Of a DNA stretch of 64,000 nt, positions 38,431 to 51,797 are shown in pieces. The stretch spans positions 27,964,001 through 28,028,000 of the forward strand of contig CM059433.1 of NCBI GenBank assembly GCA_030390025.1, read 5' to 3'. Each line of letters starts with the position of its first letter. Within the stretch, counting starts at the first letter, position 1. Under the pieces are notes generated by a model. It was not told the DNA's origin. It did no database searches and saw only the letters and a list, made by a program, of their open reading frames with translations. The stretch comes from Squalus acanthias. Taxonomy: Eukaryota. A program made the position numbers and the translations under genes.

Positions 38431-41104
38431 AAGCCAGAGAGCTATTAGGACAAGTGACTAAAAGCTTTGTCAAAGAGGTAGATTTTAAGGAGTGTCAAAG
38501 AAGGACAGAGAGGCTTTGGGAGGGAATTCCAGAGCTTAGGGCCTAGATGGCTGAAGGCATGGCCGCCAATGGTGGGGCAAATGGAATGGGGGTGCACAAG
38601 AGGCCAGAGTTGGAGGAACAAAGAGTTCTCGGAGGGTTGTAGAGCTGGAGTAGGTTACAGAGATAGGGCAGGGTGAGGCCATGGAGGGATTTGAACACTG
38701 CCCTCTCTCTCTCTCAAGCATTTCCAATAGCTAACAATCTGCACTCCTAACCTATCAATATGGGGCATCAGCTTCAGAACTCCAGCCCGAAACCAACTAG
38801 AAGCACCATGGAACTCGGAAGTGAATCCATCTCATCCTGGAACTGACCGTTCCATCCAGAAAGTGGACGACCTGTACCAGGAATAGCATCAGAAGAAAAC
38901 CATTTCTAAAATCAACACAGGTGGGAATAAAATACCTAGACTGACTTGTGACAAAGCAAAGCACAGCCAACAAATAAGTGCAAGAAAGAGGACGAGAGAG
39001 AGAGAAACAGAAAGGAAGAAAAGAAATAACTGGGCAAAAGCGACTTAAATTGACAAAGACGTGTTCCATTTCTAAGATTGTTTTGATGTATAGTTCAAAG
39101 CTCGAGGTCCACGCAGAAGTGAGAAACTTACAATCGATAGAAGAAATCAGATAGAAGTGTTACAAAAATTAATAAGGTCAGACTATTAGGTAGAAGGAGG
39201 CAAGGGATGTTTCCTTTACAAGGTTTACAGTCTCATTACATTGTGTAAAACCTATATCAGTAACACTTGCAAGTATTACATTAACATCTTAAAATAGGTT
39301 GAACATTCCTGCCATCTATTGATCAGATATGGATATCACAGTGTATCTGTGAATATAATATAATCTGGGCTAACGACAAAGAATAAAAAAAAGTTTACTT
39401 CATTAATGGTCCACGTCCCTTCACCCAGTTGAATCCAAGCAATTTTTATTTACAAAATCTCCTCCAATCCCACTAAGAAGATTCTTAACATACTAGTCAA
39501 TCTTCTCTGGCATTGCCCCTGACATGGTAAGTCGTAGAATATGATCTCTCTCTTATTTGTCTCTCCTTCAAACCAACATCACTAAAAACAGATTATCTGG
39601 TCATTATCACATTACTGTTTGTGGGATCTTGCTGTGTGCAAATTGGCTACCGCATTTCCTACATTACAACAGTGACTACAATTCAAAAGTACTTCATTGT
39701 TTGTAAAGCACTTTGGGACGTCCTGAGGTCGTGAAAGGTGCAATATAAATGCAAGACTTATGCTTCTCATTCCTTAACTTTTTGCTTCTCTCCCTGTCAT
39801 TTTTCTTCCTTTTCAGTGCAAAGTGGGGGTACTTTGACCGAGGAACAGCTCCACTAACAGCTGCAGGTAGGGTTGCCAACCCTCCTGGATTGTCCAGGAG
39901 TCTCTTGGTACGGACGATGAATCTGCTGGGCACTGGTCCCTCTCGTCGTTAACCAGTTCCTCTTCACCCCCCCCACCCCGCCCCCCCCCCCCCCCCCCCC
40001 ACCACCCCGGCCATCTTTTCTTATCTGATTCCCTCAAAGAGGTTTTATTTACTTCTAAAATTGAACTTGCCTTCTTTTTTATTTTTAAAAAAGAAATTAA
40101 ATTAGAATGAGGAAAGAAACTGTGTCAGCCACACGTGCATACAATCAGCATCGACCTTATTCAGTTGTCAACAAACCACAGGTGAGGTAATTTTCTGGCT
40201 TTACAATGTAACTGTTTTGAAAATTGAAGTAGGCATTACATGAAGACAGACACTCAATTCCTCTCCCTCTTCTCTCGAACTCAACTCTCTCTAATGTTTA
40301 TAGAACACAAAACAAAGGCTAAACCAGGTGTGTAATCAGAACAATTATTATTTTCTCTCTCATGCACAAAGCTATGAATTTTATCTCAATAAAGCTTTTG
40401 AAATTTGTCCTCTCGCTTTTCTTCCAATAATTTTGGAAAAAACTTGAGTATAAACTATTAGCAGCTAAAAAGAGAAAGAAATCCTCACTCCAGCAGACTG
40501 AACGGTGTCAATTCACCCTGGGAAATTCGGGACACTGCACAAGCACAGACTAAAAAATTCAAATTCAGCTCACACAGCATCACAGCTCTGGACAAAAACA
40601 AACTCGGAGCTGAAGCTTCCAGGAGAGGCTGAAGCCTTTAAGTAAAAAAATTGAAATGAAGACGTTAAAAGAACAAAAACAGAAATTATTTTACAAGTTT
40701 TATGTTGATGTGAAATGTATTATGTTTTTGTTTGTTATATTTTGGTTAAAGCCTTATTTTGGACATTAGAAATTTCAGTTACAGAGGGGGGGAAATGACA
40801 GTTGAAAAAAAAAATTCAGAAAGCATTGAGAGAATTGTGGAACCCAAAGGCCAGATTGCACGTGATGAGTCTACAAAAGGTATTTTCCATTTATAAACGT
40901 AGAAACAGGAACTCATAATGGAACAGGCTGACACAAAGTGCGCCATAAACACGACAACAGACAGTGAAGTGGTGCAGAGAGAAAGTGGATGTGCACTGAA
41001 GATTTTAAATATACTATAGATGGATAATTAACGTTAAAAAAAATTCTATCTGCAATGCATAATTAGCCTTTCCAATCTTCGCAGGTTAATTTAAAGAACT
41101 GCAG

Positions 41105-41922
41105 GTAAATGAACTTCAACATATTTAAGTGTGGGGTATTACATTTTGGTAAGAAAAATAGGGAGGTCACATAATACTTGGAAAATAAGAATCTGAATGG
41201 GGTAGAGGAACAAAGGGATCTGGGAGTACAAATAAACAAATCACTAAAAATTGCGACACAGGTTAATAAGGCCATAACCAAGCACTAGGGTTTATTTCTA
41301 GAGGAATAGAATTGAAAAGTAGAAGTTATGCTAAACTTGTATCAAACCTTGGTTAGACCACACTTGGAGTACTGCATGCCGTTCTGGTCGCCATATTATA
41401 AAAAGGATATAGAGGCACTGGAGAGGGTGCAAAAAAGATTTACAAGGAAGATATCAGAAGTGCGAGGTTATACCTATCAAGAAAGGATGAGCAGGCTGGG
41501 TCTCTTTTCTCTTAAAAAGAGATGACTGAGGGGTGACCTAATGGAGGTCTTTAAAATTATGAAAGGTTTTGAGAGTAGACAGAGAGAGAGTGTTCCCACT
41601 TGTGGGGAAGAGCAAAAATAGAGGCCATCAATATAAGATAGTCACCAAGAAATCAAATGCGGAATTCAGAAGAAACGTCTTTACCCAGAGAGTGGTGAGA
41701 ATGTGGAACTCGCTACCACAGGGAGTGGTTCAGGCGAATAGTATAGATGCATTTAAGGGGAAGCTAGATAAGCATATGAGGGAGAAGGGAATAGAGGATT
41801 ATGCTGATAAAGAGTTAGATGGGGAAGGATGGGAGGAGGCTTGAGGTGAGCATAAACGCCAGCATGGACTGGTTGGGCTGCATGGCCTGTTTCTGTGCTG
41901 TTAGTTCTATGTAAGTCTATGT
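41105..41922 (+). mobile_element. CR1 LINE 3' fragment
   Basis: LVRPHLEYC and FTQRVVRMWNSLPQ; (CTATGTAA)n tail abutting the minisatellite. Confidence 0.85.
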
Positions 41923-42680
41923 AAACGTATGGGTTAATGTGCCATCAAACCATATAGATCGATGCACAGTCAACCCCTATAGATCAATGAGCCGCCAAAC
42001 CATATCAATTAATGCGCCATAAAACCATATCAATTAATGCGCCATAAAACCGTATCGATTAATGCGCCATAAAACCGTATCGATTAATGCGCCATAAAAC
42101 CGTATCAATTAATGAGCCATAAAACCGTATCGATTAATGCGCCATAAAACCGTATCGATTAATGAGCCATAAAACCGTATCGATTAATGAGCCATAAAAC
42201 CGTATCAATTAATGAGCCATAAAACCGTATCAATTGATGCGCCATAAAACCGTATCGACTGATGCGCCATGAAACCGTATCGACTGATGCGCCATGAAAC
42301 CGTATCGATTAATGCGCCATAAAACCGTATCGACTGATGCGCCATAAAACCGTATCGATTAATGCACCATAAAACCGTATCGACTGATGCGCCATAAAAC
42401 CGTATAGATTGATGCGCCATGAAACCGTATAGATTGATGCGCCATGAAACCGTATCGATTGATGCGCCATGAAACCGTATCGACTGATGCGCCATAAAAC
42501 CGTATCGACTGATGCGCCATAAAACCGTATCGATTAATGCGCCATAAAACCGTATCGATTAATGCGCCATAAAACCGTATCGATTAATGCGCCATAAAAC
42601 CGTATCGACTGATGCGCCATAAAACCGTATAGATTGATGCGCCATGAAACTGTAGCGACTGATGCGCCATAAAACCACAT
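41923..42680. repeat. 25-bp minisatellite, about 30 units, consensus AATGCGCCATAAAACCGTATCGATT
   Basis: Unit starts every 25 nt from 41936 to 42661 with no indels; end units degenerate. Confidence 0.95.
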
Positions 42681-42844
42681 ATAATTTGAAGCCCAGACAG
42701 AAAAGAAAATTGATGCTCCCACAAACTTATCTATGAATCGATCCACAGCCCACTGCTCAGAACATATATATTTAATAAAACCATTTTCCCTAATCAGTTA
42801 ATTAAAGGCCTTGGGGGGAGGGATAGGAACCAGCAACTGATTAC

Positions 42845-43774
42845 CTCATTGAACAGTGATGCGACTCTATTACCAGCTGAATGTTTATGTCTGCACATTG
42901 CTGACTCCCCGGACACTTTCCCAGACAGAGGCAGAAGGCTGCTTCCCGGCGCTGTGGGAGATGAATCACTGCAGTAGGCGTCGCCTTGCTGCCTCTTTGT
43001 GTGAGGTCCAGAGACCGTTAATGGCGGCTTACGATGTGACAACCCAGGTCGGTCCGCTAACCAACGGTTGGCGCTTGCAGCGTTATAAAGCGTGCAATCG
43101 AGGATATCGCCCAGACTTCTGGATGGCTGACTGTCGGACTGACTTTCCACCTTCGAGCACGGGACAGGCCAAGCAATGGCGCTCAAGCTGACTGCCTTTT
43201 CAGTCTCAAAATCCAGACAGCGCCGGTCGAACGGGTTATCCTGGACTCCGCTGTGCTTCAACCTTTTCTTCTTCTTCTTCTTTGCCCGAGAGAGCTCGTT
43301 GCCGTCAGCCACACATTCCCTGCTCACCCCGTCCGATTCCACGTCCCCTTCGGACTGGTACAGAATGCAGCTACCCGAAATGGAAAGGGAGGAGGACTCT
43401 CCGACATCGCCAGGCCTGCTGGTTAGAGTGCTGGTTAAATAACTTCGCTCACCGTTCGGACCGGCGCGGCTCCCACCCACGGTACCATCGCTGCGATCGT
43501 TTCTGTTACTCAGACAACGCAGCGACGACTCTCCGCTGAAATCCTCCTCCAAGGTCCTTCTCGGTGCAGGAGCTCCGGCTGCGATCCCTCGCCACTCCTC
43601 AGCATCACTCGGCTGAACAAATTCCTGTGGAAACTGCAGTTTCTCTTTTTTCTTCTTCTTCCTCCTCAGATAAAGTTTGCTGCGGGGATAAGGAGAGCGA
43701 CCCAGAGGAGCCTTGGCAGGATCCACTGCACATTCTTCTTTCTGCGCTCTCACACATCCACAAGTGTTTCCCAT
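42845..43774 (-). CDS. DST: Dystonin alternative first coding exon (isoform a3/b3 type; MGNTCGCVRA...SLFNE, 310 aa)
   Basis: ATG at 43774 in a strong Kozak context (AAAATGG); 930 nt open; donor AATGAG|GTAATC in phase 0, compatible with the ISDIH exon. Gly2/Cys acylation motif plus polybasic runs; resembles the mammalian BPAG1a3 N-terminus (MGNVCGCVRA, from memory). Confidence 0.85.
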
Positions 43775-43889
43775 TTTCTTCACAAAGAGCAGAGGGTAAT
43801 CTGCTGGAGCAGAACTGGCCTGTCGAAAATGTTATTTACCAAGTCAATATCCTGGACAGCAGGCTTATCCATAACCAGAGCTTTCTCCT

Positions 43890-43965
43890 TCACCCTCTCT
43901 GACGCTCTCTCTCTGTGTCTCTTGCCCTCTCCTCTGTCTGTCTCTTTCCCTCTGTATGTCTCCTC

Positions 43966-43996
<31 letters not shown>

Positions 43997-44180
43997 GCAG
44001 TCTTTCTCCTCTCACTAGCTCTCTTTCTCTTTCACACACTCTCTCTCTCTCTCTCTCTCTCTCTCTTGCTCTCTGTCTGTCTGTCTTTCTCCTTCACTCT
44101 CTTGCTGGCTGTCTTTCTCTCATTCTCTGTGCGCAGCCATTTTGCATATGTGAAATGTTCATGCAGCCAATGATGGCATT
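43890..44180 (-). promoter_or_regulatory. Candidate promoter/5'UTR of the alternative DST first exon
   Basis: (CT)n tracts followed by GCAGCCATTTTG (YY1 consensus, 44133-44144) and AGCCAATGA (CCAAT box, 44165-44173), about 360-400 bp upstream of the ATG. Confidence 0.4.
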
Positions 44181-45627
44181 TAGCCCAGAAAGGGCCTGTG
44201 TCTGATCAGTCCATAACCAACCATGGTTACAGCAGTGGAGTACGCTCTGAACTAAACTCATTCAGCGTGTATACAGTCGGAGCGACCTTGCTGAAATTTA
44301 GCAGAGACTCTACGCCACGAGATAATAAATGGAAAACTCCCAGATTAGCCACAACTTGCTCCATTTAAAGCTGCAGCACCAAGTGAAGGGAGTTTCAGTA
44401 ATGCTTAAGGAATTTACAGCAACCTTTGAAATCATTAAGCTATGTACATACCCAGAGCAAATAGCATTGTGCTAATGAATCACTGTTGGGGTTGGGGGGG
44501 GGGGGTGGGGGGAAGTATTTGTCACCTTTCCCAACTCAAGACCTTCACTGCAGAGAGAAATGTGCTGTAATAAAACTGATTAATTTTTGATTTAAAAAAT
44601 CCTCCTTAAAACCTTTTTAATAATGTGAGTTACATTCCAGAGCCCCAATTACCATAATGTTATCAGTAGCTTTCCAGCTGTGTTGACACTTGATGTGGTC
44701 ATCAAGCAATTGGACTTCAACTTTATTGCACATTCTAGTCCAATATATATATATTTGTATTATTTAAAGGGGAAGTTAAGTCGAGGAGGAAACACTTTTG
44801 GCTCAAAGTACTCCCCATCCTGTATAGCAACGGATTCACAATTACTTTTCGCTGATTTGTTAATGTAAAAATTAACTTCTTCTGCCACAAGGCCTCCCTG
44901 ATAACAGCACTGCCCGCGGGGAGTGTCCTGGAGAGACTCCATAGAAACCCACAGGGACTGACCACAGACTGGCCCGAGACACAGTCAGGCCCTGGGAACG
45001 CACACTGCAGGCGGAGGATGCAGATTCCACAGCCAGTGGTGCGACGTCCCAAACTCCCACAGCTCAGAATCAGATCTTGCATCCGTCCCTATTATTTGAC
45101 AAACAGCTGCACCAGGAGGCACTTGCATACACCCAACCGCACCCACCATACGACAAGTCACGCTGCCCGGACCCACCCCACGCCGACCCGCATCACCACG
45201 CCAACCCGCCCCACCATTAGGCTGCCCAACCGTGCTGACCCACCACCGTGCCACCCTTGCCTACCACCCCGCATTGACCCATCCTGCCACATTACCCCAC
45301 GGGCGCTATATAAATACAAGTCTTTTTTTTCTTTCTGCCTTTTCTTTGAACGCAAACTCGATTATAATGAGCCCATAACTGAATGCTGCTGTTGAAAGCT
45401 GATGGTGGAAAGAATGTTTCTGTTTTGTAATCAACTATAACTTGCGTCAATGTGGAAAATGGGGGAGAATGTTTTAGGACAGAGACAAGCTCAACCCTAA
45501 CCCCCTTAAAAAAAAAAATCCCGAGCCTGCTGCTTTCAGTCTAAACCTTAGAGTTAACTGTCCAGTTCAGCAGCACTCTGCCTCTGATGGGCCAACTAAA
45601 TCATCTATAAATAAGTAATAATACAGC

Positions 45628-45892
45628 TAGGCTTGCCAACTCTGGTTGCGCCTATTCCTGGAGGTTTCATCACATGACCTTCAGGCCCAGTCAAACAGCC
45701 TTTTTCTTCCATCTCCAACATTTGTCTAACTGAGAAATCAAAGTGTTCAAAGAAAATGATTTTTTTTTTTTTAAAAACGCACTATTTTTTTTGTTTCATT
45801 CCTTTATGATTTTTCTCCCAGGTTGCTTGCAGCAGTGTCCTGCAGATTAATCCTCAATCCCTGGAGACAATCCTGGAGGGATGGCAATCCTA
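45628..45892. mobile_element. hAT (Blackjack-like) MITE, TAGGGTTGCCA family
   Basis: TIR TAGGCTTGCCA / TGGCAATCCTA with perfect 8-bp TSD AATACAGC. Confidence 0.85.
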
Positions 45893-47377
45893 AATACAGC
45901 TTAAAACCAACAAATCTGTGGAGGCCAGATGTCCGAATCTGTCGATTTGTGCAGGAAACAAAGTGCTTTCACTAGAATAATTTAGAACAGTGATGATATT
46001 TATTGCATGTTCAGGCGACTACTAAACTCAGAGTGGTGTCATCGTGTACATTTTAATAAGAGAGCTCGCAAATGAAGTCTGCTTGTTTCGTTTGGCATTG
46101 TGCATGGCAAGAATTTCTCACGTGAGCGCACAAATTCAGGACTGGGTGTGAGACAGCCCCAGCGCAAGAACAGTGCGGGTGCAAGCGTAGCCTCTGAACC
46201 TGCTCATGCCAGCCAGCACTGCTCGTTCCACATTACCGTCCTGGATAAACTTTCCCCTTCAGGGTTTCCTTTGGCGGGGCCCCGGGTGAAAGGCTTCAAG
46301 CTCTCCCACATCTGTTACAGGAGTAGCAACTTTACTAGTCATTAAATCAACACCCCCCCACCCCCCGCCCCCAACAAACTCCCAGTTCTAACTCAAACAG
46401 CACAGAAAGTGCATTCCCCACTCAATCTGTATTGGTTACTTGGGAGTTTAATCCAATGTCACTTCGCACCGAATTACACATCATTTAGTTCTCCAGACTT
46501 GCGCTGACTAAGAACAGGAGAGGGAGAGGGGGGGGGGGGGGGGGGGGGGAAGAGAGAGGAGAGGGTGGAGGGAGAGGTGGAGGGGGAGGTGGATCCGATT
46601 TTAACTGTTCTCAATATTCAGTTAGATTGTCAGTGACCTGATGCTTCATTATTTCAATTCCAGAGTCTCCTGTTTATACAATTCCACCCCCCACCACCCC
46701 AACCCCCACCCCCCGTCGCCCCCACCCCACCCGTCACCCCCCGGCAACTCTCGACCCAACATCATGGAGAAGATGACCTGTGTGCTAGTGCATTCCTTCG
46801 AAGTGGCTTTACAATTTTATTGCAGTTAGTGCACAAAGGAACTCTAAGCCCCACTTAATCTATATATGCTCCATACCTAGTTCTAGTTTCTTTTTTAAAA
46901 CTCCATTCCTATAACTTAACAGACTATCAGATAGATATGAAGCAAAAGCAATTCCATGTGCTGTGACCTTTCAGACTGATACTGCTATAATAATTAGTTT
47001 GATTCTGATCTGGCAAGTTCCACACGCAACCGTATTAAAAAGAAAGCAAAGGTTTGAGGCCTCGAAAATATGTTTATCAAATGCTGCAGAGTACAGAAAT
47101 TCAGGCAGAATTTTAACTGAAGCAAATAGTTCCTTTTGGAGTAACCCCTCAAATATTGGTCTGGAAGCTGTACTACATTTACTCTGTGTTTCAATGCTCT
47201 TACTGTTACTTGGAGTCTCAATGAAGCCTTACACAAGGCTCAAGTACAAGGTGGGGGAAGATCACATAACCTTGTGGTCATAATTTTTTTGAACAAGCAG
47301 TATCCTTTTGTGTTATCCGTTCATGAGACAGTGTAAGTATCCCATTAGAGCGTGAAGGTTAAAGCTAAACAGTACTG

Positions 47378-47812
47378 AGAAAGAAAGACTTATATTTATA
47401 CAGCGCCTTTCACGAGCTCAGAATGTCCAAAAGCGCTTTACAGATGATTAAATGCTTTTTTTAAAAAAGTGTAGCCACTGTTTTGTAGGAAATGTGGCAG
47501 CCAGTGTGCGCACAGCAAGCTTCCACAGAAAACAATGTGATAATGACCAGTTCTGTTTTTTAGTGATGTTGGTTGGGGGATAAAAATTGGCCTGGACACC
47601 GGGGATAACTCCCCTGCTCTTTTTCGAATAGTGCCATGGGATCTTTTACATCCACCTGAGGGGACAGACAGGGCTTCAGTTTAACATCTCATCCGAAAGA
47701 CGGCACCTCTGACAGTGCAGCACTCCCTCAGCACTGCACTGGGAGTGTCAGTCTGGATTTTGTGCTCAAGTCTTGGGAGTGAGACTTGAACCCACAACCT
47801 TCTGACTCAGAG
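47378..47812 (-). mobile_element. Deu-domain tRNA SINE
   Basis: Same consensus in reverse. Confidence 0.82.
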
Positions 47813-49714
47813 GTAAGGAGGAGGGAGCAAGAATCAGATGTGAAAATAATGTTATTGCTGGGGAACAAGTCAGCTGTTGCTATGTTGTTATACCCTACAT
47901 GAGAGATCACGATATGCAGCAATGATTTTATTTTGGAATGATGGTAATCTAGACATTACCACATTTAACAGTTTATGTCATGACTAAGTCATGCAAGAAT
48001 GACTGATCCCTAACCAATAACATCCCATCTTAACCACTGAACCCTTTATTCATACTGGACCTAACAATGTAATGTTCTAAATTCATGGGAGAGTCCAAAA
48101 CTACGGGCCATAAATATAAGATAGTCACCAATAAATCCAAAAGGGAATTCAGGAGAAACTTCTTCACTCAGAGTGGTTAGAATGTGGAACTCGCTACCAC
48201 AAGGAGTGGTTGAGGCGAATAGCATAGATGCATTGATGGGGAAACTAGATAAACACATGAGGGAGAAAAGAATAGAAGGTTATGCTGATAGGGTGAGAGG
48301 AATAGGGGTGAGAGGAGGCTCGTGTGGAGCATAAACCAGTTGGACTGAATGGCCTGTTGCTGTGCTGTAAATTCTATGTAAAAGATGCAGCAACCATTTT
48401 TATATATTCAGGCTGTCATTACTGGTTTGGTTACAGTTCCACTAACAAATGGGGTGAATGGAAAGCAACATTTCACAAACTGAATTGCACAATGTGATCC
48501 CAACACAGCCAACAAAAATCCTGGAATCCAGTCCAATTAAAAAGGTATTTCATTTATCCAGTCATCTTGAAGTAGTGGCCAAGAGCAGAAGTCTTTAATC
48601 AGGGCTGGTTTTCAGTTGTGCATTAGTTTCTATCCTGAGGCGAACTGAAGCAATTATTTCATATTCACCAAGTTTTGGAGGTCAGCACATGTGTAACACA
48701 TTGTTTTACTTTCCCTTCCCCTCCCCTCCATCCAAAGGCCTAACTTTCAAAGCAGCTATCCATGCTGCAAGACAGTAAACCGAGTACTGCATCGATTTCC
48801 ATCCAAAGCCACCATCTTTAAATTTAGCTCTTCCACAATCCTATCATGGACAGCCCATTATTCTATCCTAGAACAAAAGTTCACTCAACTGTTAAATGAC
48901 CATTACTCCAGTACACTGATTCACAAAGTTATTTCTATTGCCTGGGTCCCAAGTAAAGACATGTGAAGGAAGAGATTGTGACCAATCTCAATACAGGGCA
49001 GCACAGAGATCTAGTGAGGACGTTCAACGCAGGCCAATCTTTAACTGTCGATCGTGCAGTTGGTAATTAATTACACGCACTGTTCTCCAAGGATCCTTCA
49101 ACAATATTCTGAGATGCCACCTTTGGTCCCAGCAAATGTTGGGAGCCCATTACTCTACTGACATATGGGAACTGCTTCACTCGACCCAGCCAAGACGCTG
49201 GCTCACGCTACTGTTGCTTACCTCGTGCCTTTTGCTGACAGGAAAATGAAAAACAATCAGCCAGGCAAGATTTTACAGATATCTGGATCTCTCCTATTCA
49301 TCACTGATGGGATTAGCGGTGACCAAGCTTGTCAATCATCAAAGGCATCACAGACATTTGAAAAGCTTTGTTTCCAGGCAATGCTGTTCTACCTCCAAAG
49401 AAAAATTCCAGTTAAAAAAACCAAATATTTTAATAAGCAGCAAATCTGAAGCCTGCAATGGCATTCCCAAGATCATAAGAACATAAGAAATAGGAGCAGG
49501 AGTAGGCCATACGGCCCCCCAAGCCTGCTCTGCCATTCAATAAGGTGACAGCTGATCTTCAACCTCAGCTCCACTTTCCCGCCTGATCCCCATTGAAGTG
49601 TAGTCACATCACAAGGATTGTACCACAAATTATTGCCAACATTGAACTTTATTCTTTACAGTAATATTCAAAAGTTTGGGGTTTTTTTTGAACCTACATT
49701 CATTAAAACAGAAT

Positions 49715-50456
49715 GGGCCAGAAATTCGGCTCTCCACGGGTGAGTACGCGCTGGGTACTCACCCGTAGACCCAACGAACGTGCCGGTTTCGCACATGCAC
49801 TGTGCATGCGCTGGAAACCAGAACTTCCGTTCCCCTGAAGGAAGGGGTTCAGAGGTCGAACGCGTGCGCCGAAGAGGCAGCGCGCACGCAGCGAACTTCA
49901 TTTTTTTTTTTCAGGTTTCTCCGTGAGGGTAAGTATGGAGAAGTTGCGCAGGAAAAAAGGAGGCGCAAGGAATTAAGTACAATTTAAACATTTTTTCCAA
50001 ACAGGTTTATCTTTTTTACATACTTTAAAGAAAGGTAAGTTTATTTTTAGCACCGTTAAAGTGTAATTAATTTTTTCAAAAATTTAAATTTTTGTTTAAA
50101 GTAGTTAATTTATGTAATTTATAGCTATTTTAAAAATGTGATGTTTTTTTTTTTATTTATTTGAAGTTTTAGTGATGTTTTGGGGCCGATCTCCATTCAT
50201 AGATTTGACAGGTCTTCCTGTCAAAATCTATGAATGAAGATTCCCTGCTCCGATTGGCTCCCCATGGCCCACGTGATCCCAGGGGGCGCTTCGAACTAAC
50301 TGCGCCCCTGGGATACACAAGCACTGCGCGCCGGCAGCGGCAGGAGGCCCAGGAGCCGAATTCCTCGTGGGCCCAAAGCACAACGGCAGGTGCGGTAGGC
50401 AAGTACGCGCGCGATCCTTGCACCCGCGGGAAGCCGGAGAGCCGAATTTCTGGCCC
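49715..50456. mobile_element. PIF/Harbinger-like MITE inserted in a Deu-SINE fragment
   Basis: TIR GGGCCAGAAATTCGGCTCTCC / GGAGAGCCGAATTTCTGGCCC; flanks AAT/ATT; interrupts SINE sequence AAAACAG|ATTATCTGG. Confidence 0.75.
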
Positions 50457-51366
50457 ATTATCTGGTCATTGTCACATTGCTGTTTGTGGGAGCTTGCTGT
50501 GTGCAAAATTGGCTGCCACGTTTCCTACATTACAACAGTGACTACACTTCAAAAAGTGCTTCATTGTCTGTAAAGCACTTTAGGACGCCCCGAGGTCCTG
50601 AAAGGCGCTATATAAATGCAAGTTCTTTCTTTACACATGCATGTTTAGATACCCAAGAAATGCATGCAGTGAGATGAAACTCCTCAAATCACAAACTTTG
50701 AGTCCTGAAGACATTTTGTGCTTCTATACAAATATCGAGAGGACTCTCTTTGTCTTTGTGTGATGTGGATTAAAGCATCCAGAGCTTAAATGAGTCAAAC
50801 CACATCTTTCCTAGCCACTGGGTGGAATATGTAATCAAAAGGAGGATACCTTACTGTAACATCCTAAACCCAGCACAAAATTATCCAACTGATGCTTATT
50901 TTGGACCCACTGAAAAACTACACCTGTTCACAGCAGCACGTTTTAGAATTCTGAAAGGCTACAATTTTGCACAAATAGGATTTGTTTGATTCTGATTAAA
51001 CTGCCGAGTGAACACAGCTCCCCTGGTGGCTCAGTAGGTTATTGCACCACATGGCATGGAATGACCATCCCTGCTCTAAGTCACCCAATCTCAGCATGGG
51101 GAAGGATAAGTACAGGTTGAATAATACAATTGGTCCTCGGTGTCCAAACTAGAGGTAGAAAAGGCTAGGATTCCTGCTCCCAGTCCTTATGCAGTGACGC
51201 CTGCTGGGAGTGCCCAAGTGCAGGGTGTGGTGAAGACTGAGCCAAGCTCAACTGTGATAGTCCTCAATGTCAAATTGCCCATTAATAATCACTGCCCCGG
51301 CCAACACCGTGAAGAAATGGTCACCTGGGTAAGATACTGAAAGAGCATCAGTGAATCTGTATCTCA

Positions 51367-51797
51367 GAAAGAAAGACTAGCATTTCTATAGCGCCTTTCA
51401 TGACATCAGAACATCCCAAAGTGCTTTACAGCAAATGAAGCACTTTTTGAAGTGTAGTCACTGTTGTAATGTAGGAAATGCGGCAGCCAATTTATACGCA
51501 GTAAGATGCCACAAACCGGAATGTGATAATACCCAGATAATCTGTTTTAGTAACGTTGATTGTGGGATAAAAATTAGCCAGGTAGAACTCCCCTGTTCTT
51601 ATCTGAATAGTGCCGTGGGTTCTTTTATATCCACCTGATGGGGCAGATGGAGCCTCGGTTTAACATCTCATTCAAAAGAGAGCACCTCTGACAGTGCAGC
51701 GCTTCCTCATGTCAGCCTGGATTAAGTGCTCAAGTCTCTGGAGTGGGACCTGAACCCACGACCTTCTGACTCAGGGGCCAGAGTGCTACCCACTGAC
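51367..51797 (-). mobile_element. Deu-domain tRNA SINE
   Basis: Same consensus in reverse. Confidence 0.82.

Noticed and set aside
41923..42680. CRISPR-like array or repeat-protein ORFs
   Set aside because: Head-to-tail units with no unique spacers and no cas genes, in a vertebrate intron; the 25-nt period is not a multiple of 3.
42794..43783. Standalone 329-aa intronless gene as given in the ORF track
   Set aside because: The track starts at a GTG; the real ATG is 43774, and an in-frame donor at 42845 makes it an alternative first exon. A read-through short product cannot be excluded.
51020..51360. Additional old SINE-like element (possible relative near 58490-58760)
   Set aside because: A GGTGGCTCAGT head is visible, but it is too decayed to classify without a database search.
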